In this document: piece by piece, positions 49,600-60,299 of the stretch
Layout of the letters: each line of letters starts with the position of its first letter
Numbering within the stretch: position 1 is the first letter of the stretch
Assembly (NCBI GenBank): GCA_976226885.1
Contig: OZ320314.1
Coordinates: 111,662,001 to 111,726,000, forward strand
Origin: Iphione sp. A-MEVVRFRX5
Lineage: Eukaryota
Direction of reading: 5' to 3'
DNA length: 64,000 nucleotides
Position numbers and translations under genes: made by a program
The notes under the pieces: model-generated
Database searches by the model: none
What the model saw: only the letters and a program-made list of their open reading frames with translations
What the model was told of the DNA's origin: nothing

Positions 49600-52250
49600 G
49601 CAAAACATGTCACGCAAGTGTCTAGTGGTGGGGAATTACAATGTACGAAGCTTGGGTCACAAACTCAACAATCTGAAATGCTACCTGGAGGAGGATGGGG
49701 TTGGCATCGGTTGTCTAACAGAGACTTGGTTAACCCTGGAAATCAGAGACAAAGAGGTAGCCATTCCCGGTTTCCACCTGATCCGTGGTGATAGGGTTGG
49801 GTCTCAGAAAAAGAGAGGAGGAGGGCTACTGATTTACTATTGCAGTGATTATGTCATACCTGTCATATCTAACGGAAGTTACAAGAATGATAACTCTGTG
49901 TGAATTCTTGGGAGCCACTCTAAAGTGTGGCAAAGGTAGACCGATCGATCCAAATACTTCTTGTATACCGCCCACCAGAGGATAAGTCAAGTGCATCAGC
50001 TGAAGCACTGGACCAAGCAACTAATGCACTACTAACCCACAGAAGGGCAGACAAGGTGGTGCTGGGAGACTTCAATTATGACTTTAAGAAGCTGGGCAAG
50101 AGCGGGTCTGGAATCTCCAATCTTCCGCGCGGCAAAGGTCTCACGCAATTAGTCCAAGTAAGCACAATGGTGGCTACTGATTCGTCCTTAGATCATGTGT
50201 GGATGAACATCGACATGAGGGGCGATACACACACATTGGGATGGTTTCCTTAGCGACCACTTGGCAGTCCCAGCGAGATTGAGAAGACGCAGATCAAGAT
50301 ACGGAGGTGGAATAAGGTTGACCATAATGAAGACTAAATCTCATTTACGTGCCAATGGTGTGTTGAGACAGGGGATCACTGTGAGTCCTGGAATGACCTA
50401 ATGGACTTGATGTAGGACTATCTGAACAGCGTGTGTCTGGCAGAAGAGGTGTCACGGAAACAAGATGAAAAAGGATTCCAACCCTCGAAAAGCTTTCTCT
50501 AGCTCATCCGGGACAGAATGCACCTTTTTCTCATCTGGAAAAAGGATCCTTGTGTGGATAGCTGGCGCATATTCAGACAGCCGCAAGCTATGGCAAGTGC
50601 GAAGCTTTAAGCAATAAAGAAGGCATGTTAAAACTCCCGCACACGTGGGAATCTAGTGACAATGATGACCAAACAATGGCTGGTGTTTTCAACAATCATT
50701 TTGTGGATGAGGTGCTTCACTTGAGAGCCTCACTACAACCCTGTTATACTCATCAGGCACAAAAATCAAGGCTTGAGGGTACTTTTGGCATCCCACCCCC
50801 ATCACCAATTCATGTGCAAGAACTGGTGAGGAAAATCAACACACGGAAGTCATCGGGCATAGATGGAATTCTAACCAAGATATTAAAGCAGGTATTACTA
50901 AATTGGAGTGACTATGTGACCTGGCTCTTTGGTCAAGTATACAAGACCAGTGTGTTTCCTAGCAGATGGAAGACTGCTAGAGTGGTGCCCATTCACAAGA
51001 AGGGTGAGGTAAATGACATTGCCAACTATAGGCCAGTATCAATACTCTGGCTCATTGGGAAATGGTGTCAGAGATGGTTCGTCAGTGACATCATGAGCAT
51101 AGTGGAAAAAAAGGGTTATCTGACCGCACACCAACACGGGTTCAGAGCAGGTAGAGGCATGGAGACCACTGTTACGATAATCCTCTGCAAGGTATGCAAC
51201 ATGATCAACTGCGGAGAGTACGTAGTCCTTCTTGCATTCAATCTCAAGAAGGCCTTTGATCTGCATCATGGCCAGATTGGTGGAAGTTGGGGCCAGCAAT
51301 CGAATAAGGAATCTAGTGACTAGTTATCTGTCTGCAAGGAAGCAATTTGTAGAGTATGTGGGCACGAGGTCAGGCTTGCGCGAAGTGATCTACGGGGCGC
51401 CACAAGGGTCGATATTTGGCCCGCACGCATTTAACTTGGTGATTAATGGTGTGGTGTCAGCCCTTCGAGCTTCCTGTGTCCCAGTCCTCTATGCAGTCGA
51501 CTTATTGGTGTTGGTCCATGCACAAGACCTGCTTTGACTCAGAACGGAAGGGGCTCAGGTTATCTCATGTCTGATGAACTGGTGTGCAGCAGAGGGCTTA
51601 TTGTGTGCCTACATAACCATGGGTAAAGGATGTGGAGAACCTCTTGATCTGCACATTAATGGAACTGAACTGAAACATGAACGCACTATGAGCCTCCTAG
51701 GATATACGGTCGATGACAGGATGACATTCACCGACGCCTGCACTGTGGTAACAAAGAGGATGTGGGCTGCAGCAAGAAAAATAGGCCGAACCAAGCGTCT
51801 GTTCCTGTGTCTGGGAGAAAACTGTTATTCAAAGCACTGGCGGGTGTGCATAGGGACTACCAAGCAGTTCTAACCTTTGGTGCCAGTGCAAGTACTAAGG
51901 CCAAGCTCCAGATACAGTTCGATCAGTGCACATGAATAATGCTCCAAACAGGTGAGCTTCTCTCTGCTAGAGCCCTGCAGAGTAAATTTGGTCTTGAGCG
52001 TGTGGAGGATAACACTAAACAGAAATTTGTCTTAGCCATATACAAGCTGGTGAAACTCTGACTACTCGACATGGCCAAGGAGACAGGTATTAGAGGAGGT
52101 GAGGAGAAGAGAGTGTTTATTCCAAGGCTGAGAACCAGCAGGATGGCATCATCAATTAGGCATCTTGCGGCGAGGGAATGGAATAAGCTACCAGCAAGTA
52201 TGAAACATCAGACAAGACTGAGGATAGGGCAGACCTAATGAGGGACAGTG
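49600..52250 (+). mobile_element. Decayed LINE ORF2 (AP endonuclease and RT)
   Basis: NVRSL...CLTETWL, GGGLLIY, VYRPP, GDFN, LDHVW; then YRPVSIL, QHGFR, KKAFD, PQGSIFGP; many stops and frameshifts. Ends approximate. Confidence 0.88.
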
Positions 52251-52947
52251 TGGTAAGGTGTTTTGCCTGGTCAATGAGGCTATGCTGCTAAAAACATTTT
52301 GTCATCCATCTATTACTCATACTATCTAAATAATTTAGGTGAATAACTAAGTTTCAATAAAGTGATGTTATTTGGAATCTTTGTAACTCTTTATGGGACT
52401 TTTTAAAACCATGTATTGAGATATTAAATACAGCATATGATGTATTTTTGATGATGATGGTGAAGTAATGTAGAAATAACTGGGGAATTTTTGTATTAAC
52501 ATTAAGGGATCATGGATTTTGTATATAGCCACTTACAGAATTATGGAAAAAAATATTAGAGTCAGTAGGATTGTAGCTTGGACTTACTTTTAGAGAAATC
52601 TGTGAAGAAGGGCTAATAATTTTATAATTAATAGGTAACTAGGTAAGAATATCTCATATCAATTTGCCAGCTACATAGTTTTATTATTTGGAATTATACA
52701 AAAAGCATATATCTATAAGATAATCATTATACCTTCATATGTTCAAATGTATTTGAAGCCTACATACAATGAATTTGTGTCAATGTGAGTAATTGCAAAA
52801 TATACAGTTGAATTTCTCATATGTATTTTGTATTTAATCTCTTATCCATGAGATTTCAATTTGACTATTTGTATTGATCTGTTTAAGTAATTATTTGATT
52901 TTTCCTTTTAACCTTTTTTAAATAAATCATAATCTATTTCATTTAAG

Positions 52948-53050
52948 AGCCAATAATCTCTCCACCTGGAATTGTAAATGTACAAGAAGATGCTGGTCAT
53001 ACTGATATTTGCATAAATGTCTCTAATTCCGAAAGAGATTTCACTTTAAA
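52948..53050 (+). CDS. Exon X1c, intact but inverted: EPIISPPGIVNVQEDAGHTDICINVSNSERDFTLN
   Basis: catttaag acceptor, gtaagt donor, 103 nt; lies in a block (about 52270-53635) that is the reverse complement of about 13505-14765. Confidence 0.8.
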
Positions 53051-55713
53051 GTAAGTTTAATTTTATTTTCATTCATCCTACTTGAGACTTTGGAAAATAA
53101 TACTTTTTTCTTTCAAATCCTTTTATACATAGAAGGTTGTCAATATGTAAAGCAAATTAGACTAATCAATTAGACTAAATCTAATAAAAAATGCAACAGT
53201 TTTGGTTTATGATTTTGAAGTCAGAACTTTCCATCAGATGTTTTCTGTAAATGAAGGGCTTTTTACATTGTGGTCTTTGAATGTACATTTTACAAGAAAC
53301 CTTAGAAACAAAGACCTGAAATTGCTTCTCTCATGAACTTCCTGTCATCACAATACTTCATAACAAGATGGTTAATTCATGTGTGTAAGAGTTATGTTGT
53401 TTTAATGGTGAAATATTAAGATGAGTCCTTTCATTCAATAATTTATTACCTAAGTTATTTTATCTAGCAAAGTAATGCTTGATTAATATTATCTTATTGT
53501 TTAAGTAAAAATGTGTTATAAGATTACAAAAGACTTAAGAAGGGTCAAATCATTATCTACTACATGTACAAGTAAACATCTCAAATGCGGACACCCTTGG
53601 TTCTATCCTTAAGTATCCAGGTTTCAGATGTGTCCTGACTCTAAAGTCATTTTTACTTATCTCTGAGATATAGCAAAACCAAAAATATAGACTCTGACAT
53701 AAAAAGTAACAACATATATTTTCAGCTACTTTCAGGTCAAAGATATATAGTTCATAATGATTGTCATACCCTTTGCTTTACAAGAGCCACCAATATGTCT
53801 ATCTTTCTTTTATGCATAGCTGGTACCTTAAAATTGTCCTTATAGTGAAAATCCATAGAATTATGATCACTTATAATAACTTTATGTGTCTTGTTCATTA
53901 TAGGTAAAAGTTTTCAAAGGATGATTAGCAGTGTTATGCTTGTTTTGGTTTTCCTTTTAGAATACATTCATTTGTGATTCATGAGATAGCATGTCTCAGG
54001 TTAGATTGTCTGAACATAATGCTGCTAGAATGTCTTAAAATAATTATTTGCAACACCAACATACATTTAAGATATAAAATAAAATTCTTAAAAAGAAATT
54101 ATTGTTATTCATTGAACAGTTTAGACAGATAATGGAATAAATGGGAATTTTCCTCAATTCTTCATGTGTGAAGTTGAAAAAGGCCACCCTTCATTTATAA
54201 TACCTGTAGGATTAAATATAGTATCTAATAACTATATGTAACTATGTGTTACAACCAGAAATACAATTGGAAATGGTGTGACAGACTGTATGTATTTCCT
54301 TTACATTTAAGTAATTCAAAACTTTAAAATTGCTGGACAAATAAATACTCAATGCATTACTAAAAAAATTGAGGATGTCAGAATATATTGATATTTTAGC
54401 TCAAGATATCAAATAGATTTCTAATAGTTTAAAACGCTAGACATCTTGGCAACATTGATATAATTTTGAGCTGCATAGAGGTTATGTACTTTTCCATGAA
54501 AACCCTATGTTCTCACTAACAGCATGGACTAGACCTAAGTTTATATGATTTTAAACCACCCCTGCCACCCTCTTCTCTCTTTGTCCCTACCATCTCCCCG
54601 AGTACACCAACACTCCCCTTGTTCCAAATATTTTTATGAATTTAATGCATCTTGCCACCTTTTCATATAGTCAATGCATCTTTAGCCAAATCTCTGGTAG
54701 TATTTGCCACTATTCATGAATTAAGCATATCTTTAGCACTAGCTCCGGAAATATTCACTGCCTTTTCATGACTGAATGCATCTTTCGCATAGCCTCCAGA
54801 AATATATTTTTCCCTTTCATTAATGTGGGGAGAGACTCCCCACACACCCCTCTTTCCCTTCTTTTTTAATTTCTTTCTTTTTTTACAATTATGACAGTCT
54901 TCTCTAATTTACTCATCACTTTGATTGTTCTTCACTGAATTATCACATTGTTCAGGTGAGCCTCGGTGGACTCAACCCTCTTGACCGGGTCAGCAAATTG
55001 CTCAGTTGTAGGATGGGGTAGTTTGAATTAGATAAAGTCCTCAGTCACACTACTATAATGTACTCATTGCTAAAATGACCTTGAACATTGTAGTATGTAA
55101 TCATGTGGACTCATTCTTTATCTAATACTTGTCATGACATCAATTTAAACCAAAGAGACTAACTTTTGCTACCTAAATATTGATCTATATTTAAAAGATT
55201 TGGCCACAGACTGGTTGAAAATAGTATACTACATATTTTCTCTCCAAAGTAGCTTTCTTTAAAATTATTATTTTCAGGAGATTGTGGTATTTATTCTGAT
55301 TGAATATGCAAAAAATGTTCATTACACTGCTCTGTGAGATACCTAGGTAATTGTAGGCATTAATGTTTGTAGTATTGATTATCAGTTTAAGAGTAACAAT
55401 TTTATCATTCAAAGATTAGGTTGATATAAATAGAATGCTTTGATTAAACATGAGATAGGTATTTTTAGATTAGGAAATGTTAATATTTGCTATGGTCAAT
55501 CAATGTTATAGCATATCTAGAAAATAGCAACAGTTATAATATGTTATCAAAAATTAACAGCCTGTAGAATACTAGTGGTACCTTTGACAAAGATACATAG
55601 TAAATCTTAATTGAATTGTTGGCTTGAAATAAACTAATCATATTAGTGTTATTATCATTGTAGAACACAAAGAAAAGAGCAGACAATACATTTCTTATAA
55701 ATCCATTACTTAC

Positions 55714-55940
55714 CATCATCATCATCAATGATATTAACAACAGCAGTGGAGGGATATCCAAATATTATATCAGGATTTGATGAAGTTAATGTGACATTGA
55801 AGTATTCATCAAACTCAAAGTTGATGTCAATTACTATAGGGATCTCAATTTGATATGTACCAGAGCCATTTAGTAACCTTTCTATAGTTTCTGGGCTGTC
55901 ATAATCACTGTTAAGAGCAGTCTGTGAGATGATGCTTAAA
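55714..55940 (-). CDS. Exon Z2d
   Basis: cattacag acceptor, gtaagt donor, 227 nt (one extra Asp codon), open. Confidence 0.88.
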
Positions 55941-56377
55941 CTGTAATGAGAAACCATAGAAATGTAAAAGAAACTGGACAATGACATGTTATATAATTGG
56001 AAAGATAAAGTTTAGAAGAGAAGTGGAAATATAAAAACATGTAGAAAGTAAACATTAAAAATTTTAGAAACAAAATTTAGTCATATTATTAATGTTGTCT
56101 TCAAAGTCATCCCATGAATGTAGGTTATTTTTCTGAGTATTGTACAGAGTTGTCTATTAGTATCATAGTTTGAAAAAGAGATATTGCTAGAGATATAACA
56201 GATGATAATTTTGGAAGCACTGTTACATTATTGTGCCTAATTTTAGAGTCAGTCTCTGTATATGAGGGCCAGATTTTCTTGAATAAAGGGAGTTTCTCAT
56301 TGCACTGGAAGAGAACAACACCAGACTCATCTACTTTATGAACATTCTTCATTTTGTCAAGTCATCCATTCCGAACA

Positions 56378-57431
56378 TCAGAGACACTTTACAGTGTGAT
56401 AGGTGGTGAAACACCCTGGCAGGCATAAGTGAACACCACACTCTCTACACCCATACATTGTTTGACATTTGGTTGCCTGACACCCAATCACATGACACTT
56501 ATAGCAAATCCTGCAGAAACTCTTGTTGACTAAATCAGCAGGAGAGCACCTGTTAGTTAACGGCCTCTCATCTGTTTTTGCCAGATTCATTATCCTTTGC
56601 TGTTCTAAACACACTTGAAGAGCATGCTTAATGGATAGATGACGGAACATGGATTAACCTTTTATCTTTCCACAGGGATAGGATGAGATGAGCTTTACAT
56701 GCAAAATACATTGATCCCATAGCTGTCACGAATGATACCTTCTTTTTCATGAGATTTTTTGGAGGCCTGCGTGATTCAGCCTCACAGTTCCACAAAAGAA
56801 TGTGAAGAACTGAATCAATCTTTGGAACAATGGTATGCTTGAAAAATGATTATCTATATATGTACGATAATTTTGCTCTATTGTCCACCATGGTTCTTCC
56901 CTCCCTCTATCTTAGCCCTGCTGCTCACACTGTCCACAATTCTGCTGATGAACTCAGTAGACAGGAAGAGCCGATAGAAATCAAACAGTGTTTTTGTCTT
57001 TTCCAAATTGACTTCATCAGCTAGGCCTGTTTTCTCATTGAAATCATTCTTGAGCATCTTCTGATGGAGTCCTCTTGTGCTCTATCTACCTGCCATTATT
57101 GATGTTCTTAGCTTCGTCGGTGAGATCATCCAGAGACATATCGTCATCAAAGATGGCTGGGTCTTCATTCACTTTCATTGCTGCTGTTCTCCCATTCCGA
57201 ATCATCTTTGTTGGCATTATTAAGCAGCTTATAAGTCCAGCTCATCCTCTGAATCTGACTGGACATCCGAGAATTCCTCGTCTGATGCCATTTTCAATAG
57301 GCCAACACACCTAGTTCAAATGTTGTTGGCTGCCTCAGCAGGGCTGGGCAGGGAAAGCAGTGCAGAAAGCACATCATTCGAAAATGTCATGACTTGGATT
57401 GCTATGGAATTCATAGTTCCTCCCAAACCAT
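56378..57431 (-). mobile_element. piggyBac transposase remnant, internally deleted
   Basis: Acidic N-terminus MASDEEFSDVQSDSEDELD from ATG at 57291; WKDKRLIHVPSSIH (the piggyBac W.D.R.V..LS..H motif); C-terminal CRICY...YGCRECGVHLCLPGCFTTYH domain. TIRs and TTAA not found. Confidence 0.85.
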
Positions 57432-57776
57432 CTAAAACAATACATATTTATCTATTTTTTATCAAAATTATTAATTTACTTATATTATTTCTATATTAAA
57501 TCGTTATGCAAAAAATAATAGTCTATTTAATGCCTCAAGACTTCATTGGCACCCTGATAATATATATTGATGTAAAGAATAAATGGTTTTCAATATTAAA
57601 ATATGCAGGAGTGCTACAGGATAGCTGGTTTTGTTAGCAATAAAATGGATACCTCCTCACCTCTACTTAAATATCCTGGTAATGTAGATAACTTGAATTT
57701 AAAGATATTATTCCAATAGTTAAATTTACGTTATAATCATCACTTTAATGAGACAAATTGATTTATAATTTTCTAG

Positions 57777-58003
57777 TCTTGGACTTCTCCATGGAGAAAC
57801 AGACAATACTGATGTCTTCTTAAATGATCACAGTGTCACAATAATGTCTGGTAGTTTAACTGGCAGTCAGTTTCCATTTTCTTTCAATGTCACTGATGAT
57901 CAAACAGTGGAATTTGGAGAAACATTCAATATAACTGCAAGAAGTAATATTTCAAATGTCATTTTCAATGCTGTTCCATTAATAGTGTCAATCCAGGATA
58001 ATG
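57777..58003 (+). CDS. Exon Y2d, intact but inverted
   Basis: ttttctag acceptor, gtgagt donor, 227 nt, open; LGLLHGETDN...GSQFPFSFNVTDD...IQDN. Confidence 0.82.
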
Positions 58004-58030
58004 GTGAGTATTTATCTTTGACTTGGCCTT

Positions 58031-58997
58031 CCCAGCCAACACAAAAATTTTCAAATATTCAAAAACTGAGAGTATGCAATAATGTTTTCTTATCTAGATT
58101 AGAAAACATTTTTTGAAATGTTTGTAGCACAATTTTGAAAAACATTTCTTAGAATTTTGTATAAAAAGTGTCAACAGGTCTGGACAGGGTTTGAACCTGG
58201 ATCTTCCACATGTCAGTCTCCACACATTGTCCATGCATGTAGAGGCCGGTACTTTTACCCACAGGGCCACAGGAGCTAGGCAAAATTCATTCATTGCAGG
58301 GTTAAAGCTGTACTGTGGTTAGGGCTTTCACTACATTTACTTTATTTAATTATACTTTCATCCAGTGTATTAATGGGGGGCAGGTCTTCACAGCTTCCCT
58401 ATTTCTTTGCCATATTTTCAGGAATTGCAAGCATGTTTAGCATGACCTCCAAAAATAATTTTTTTCTTACAAATTCAGTGCCACTTTAGAGGAACCTCCA
58501 GTAATATATGCCACTCTTCATAATTTAAACAGATCTTCAGAATAGCTTGCAAAAGTATTTTTCCCATTCATTTTTAAAAATTTTAACCATGTCTGCCTAA
58601 AATATCATATAAAGTAAGTTGTGCATTATTCTTCGTAGTCTGTCCTCCTGTCACATTTAGTAGTTCCCACACTTTGTCAGGTGCTCCCCCCTCTCTTTGA
58701 CATCCTCCTGTCACCCTCAGAAGTCGCTATACTTTGCCAGGTACTTCCTGTGCTTTTGCTGTCCTCCTGCCACTTTTGGAAGCCCCAACACTTCATCAGG
58801 TACCCCCCTGCCTTGGTTACCTCCTGTTGCCCTCAGAAGTCTCTACACTTTATCAGGTGCTCCCCCAGCCTTGACCAATCTCCTGTCACTAAAATTTTCT
58901 TATATTTATATATTTTCTAATATTTAAAGTGCTTGCAGACGTTAATACCAAATGAAAACATTAAAAAACATTCTGAAAGCATTCTGTGCTGGCTGGG
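58031..58997. mobile_element. Complete 967-bp CCC...GGG non-autonomous DNA element with a tRNA-like head (58177-58276, minus strand) and tandem repeats
   Basis: TIRs CCCAGCCAACAC and CCCAGCCAGCAC, TT TSD; A box TGGCCCTGTGGGTAA, B box GGTTCAAACCC. Confidence 0.75.
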
Positions 58998-59451
58998 TTT
59001 TTACTTAATCTCTGGATATATGCATTACTCAACAAAAACACTTTATATAAATATTTGCATTCAGTCTATGTTAGTTTATAATATAGCTCCATATCATAAT
59101 GTAAAAACGAAGGTTCTATAACATACTGTAGAACGTAATCTTATGCATAAAAAGCATCTGCATCTGAGAGAATGTATGCCCTAGTTTGTTATATTTGACC
59201 ATGATTTATTTGATAGAAATAGTACCATGGTGAATCTGTACCAATAGAGTAGCAACTCACCAATGCCACCACCTAAGGGACAGTATGAAACTGCCCACCA
59301 CTGTTGGTGTTACATTTTTGAATGCATTCTGTATACTAAAGTTATGCAAAACTATTTACTACTGTAGAATGCCCCCTCAGTGGAGATGCCTGTAAAGTGA
59401 CATGCCACTGTATTACAAAACCATACTGAAGCTACATTCTTCTTCCTCCAG

Positions 59452-59560
59452 ATCCACTACTCCAGTTGTCAGGGCCATCATATGATGTGAATGAAAATGA
59501 TAGTTCTGTCATTATACAAGTACAAGTGCTAAATACACAAATAGAAGGAGTCACTTTCAA
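59452..59560 (+). CDS. Exon Z1d, intact but inverted: DPLLQLSGPSYDVNENDSSVIIQVQVLNTQIEGVTF
   Basis: ttcttcttcctccag acceptor, gtgagt donor, 109 nt, open. Confidence 0.82.
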
Positions 59561-60299
59561 GTGAGTAAAATCAATCTGCATAATATTAGTTCAATTCATT
59601 TCTTTTTATCTTAAATAATTTGTTTTATCTTCTTGATTCAGAAATTTACAATGTTACCATATGGTCCTTCCATATACTGGACTTTGAAGGGTAGGCTAAT
59701 AGAATAGATGAGCATAATAGCACCGGACATATATTTGAGGTAAGATGTCTGGAACAGCGTTAGAAACCAGAATATGGAATACAGAAAAAACTACGAAAGT
59801 AAAATGAAAAGCTTCTTCATTTAGATTCGATTGTAGTACTCACTTAATACAATAAGAGATGTATTTTTCATTTGAAGGGTATGTTTCTGAGTCATATTTT
59901 GATAATACTTTATAGTTTACATTGTCTTTTTTAAGATGACAGCTATTTCTTACTTGTGAATTTCTTAAAGGATATTGTTGGCTTCTGCCATAATAAAGAC
60001 GACATGTATCTGTGAGGATGGTTGTTTATTGCTGAAGAGCTCAAACACAACTGACACTAGAATCGTGAATAGGCACACTTATATAGCAAAATGATCATCC
60101 TTCAACTTAAGTAATCCCCCCCTCCGCAGTATTGCATGAATCTGCCGCCCCTCCGCTGAAGTTTCCTCTGCAATTACATCTCTTGCTACATTACCCCCTC
60201 CTTATTCTAATCCTGTCCCAGGATATTGTAACACTCATGAACTTCGAAATCAACATCACTATCATTAAAAAAACTCTAACCTGATATCAAACTCATCAA

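Larger units (their letters stand above)
10365..55940 (-). other. Host gene segment: tandem Calx-beta-like domain protein (large extracellular or adhesion glycoprotein), incomplete at both ends
   Basis: 17 sense exons with consistent phases. Calx-beta hallmarks: LQFSRTTYDVNEND start, ...IVND/IIDDD...E.F.V.L.... and terminal IIDDD/IQDN. Many N-x-S/T sequons. Family assignment is from motif recognition only. Confidence 0.85.

Noticed and set aside
10365-55940. Assigning a gene symbol (ADGRV1, FREM/FRAS1 or aggregation factor) or a species
   Set aside because: Only internal Calx-beta-like repeats are visible; diagnostic terminal domains lie outside the window.
58177-58276. Functional tRNA genes here and at 41192-41285
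   Set aside because: A and B boxes are present, but I could not form a convincing cloverleaf; the copies are divergent and embedded in repeats.
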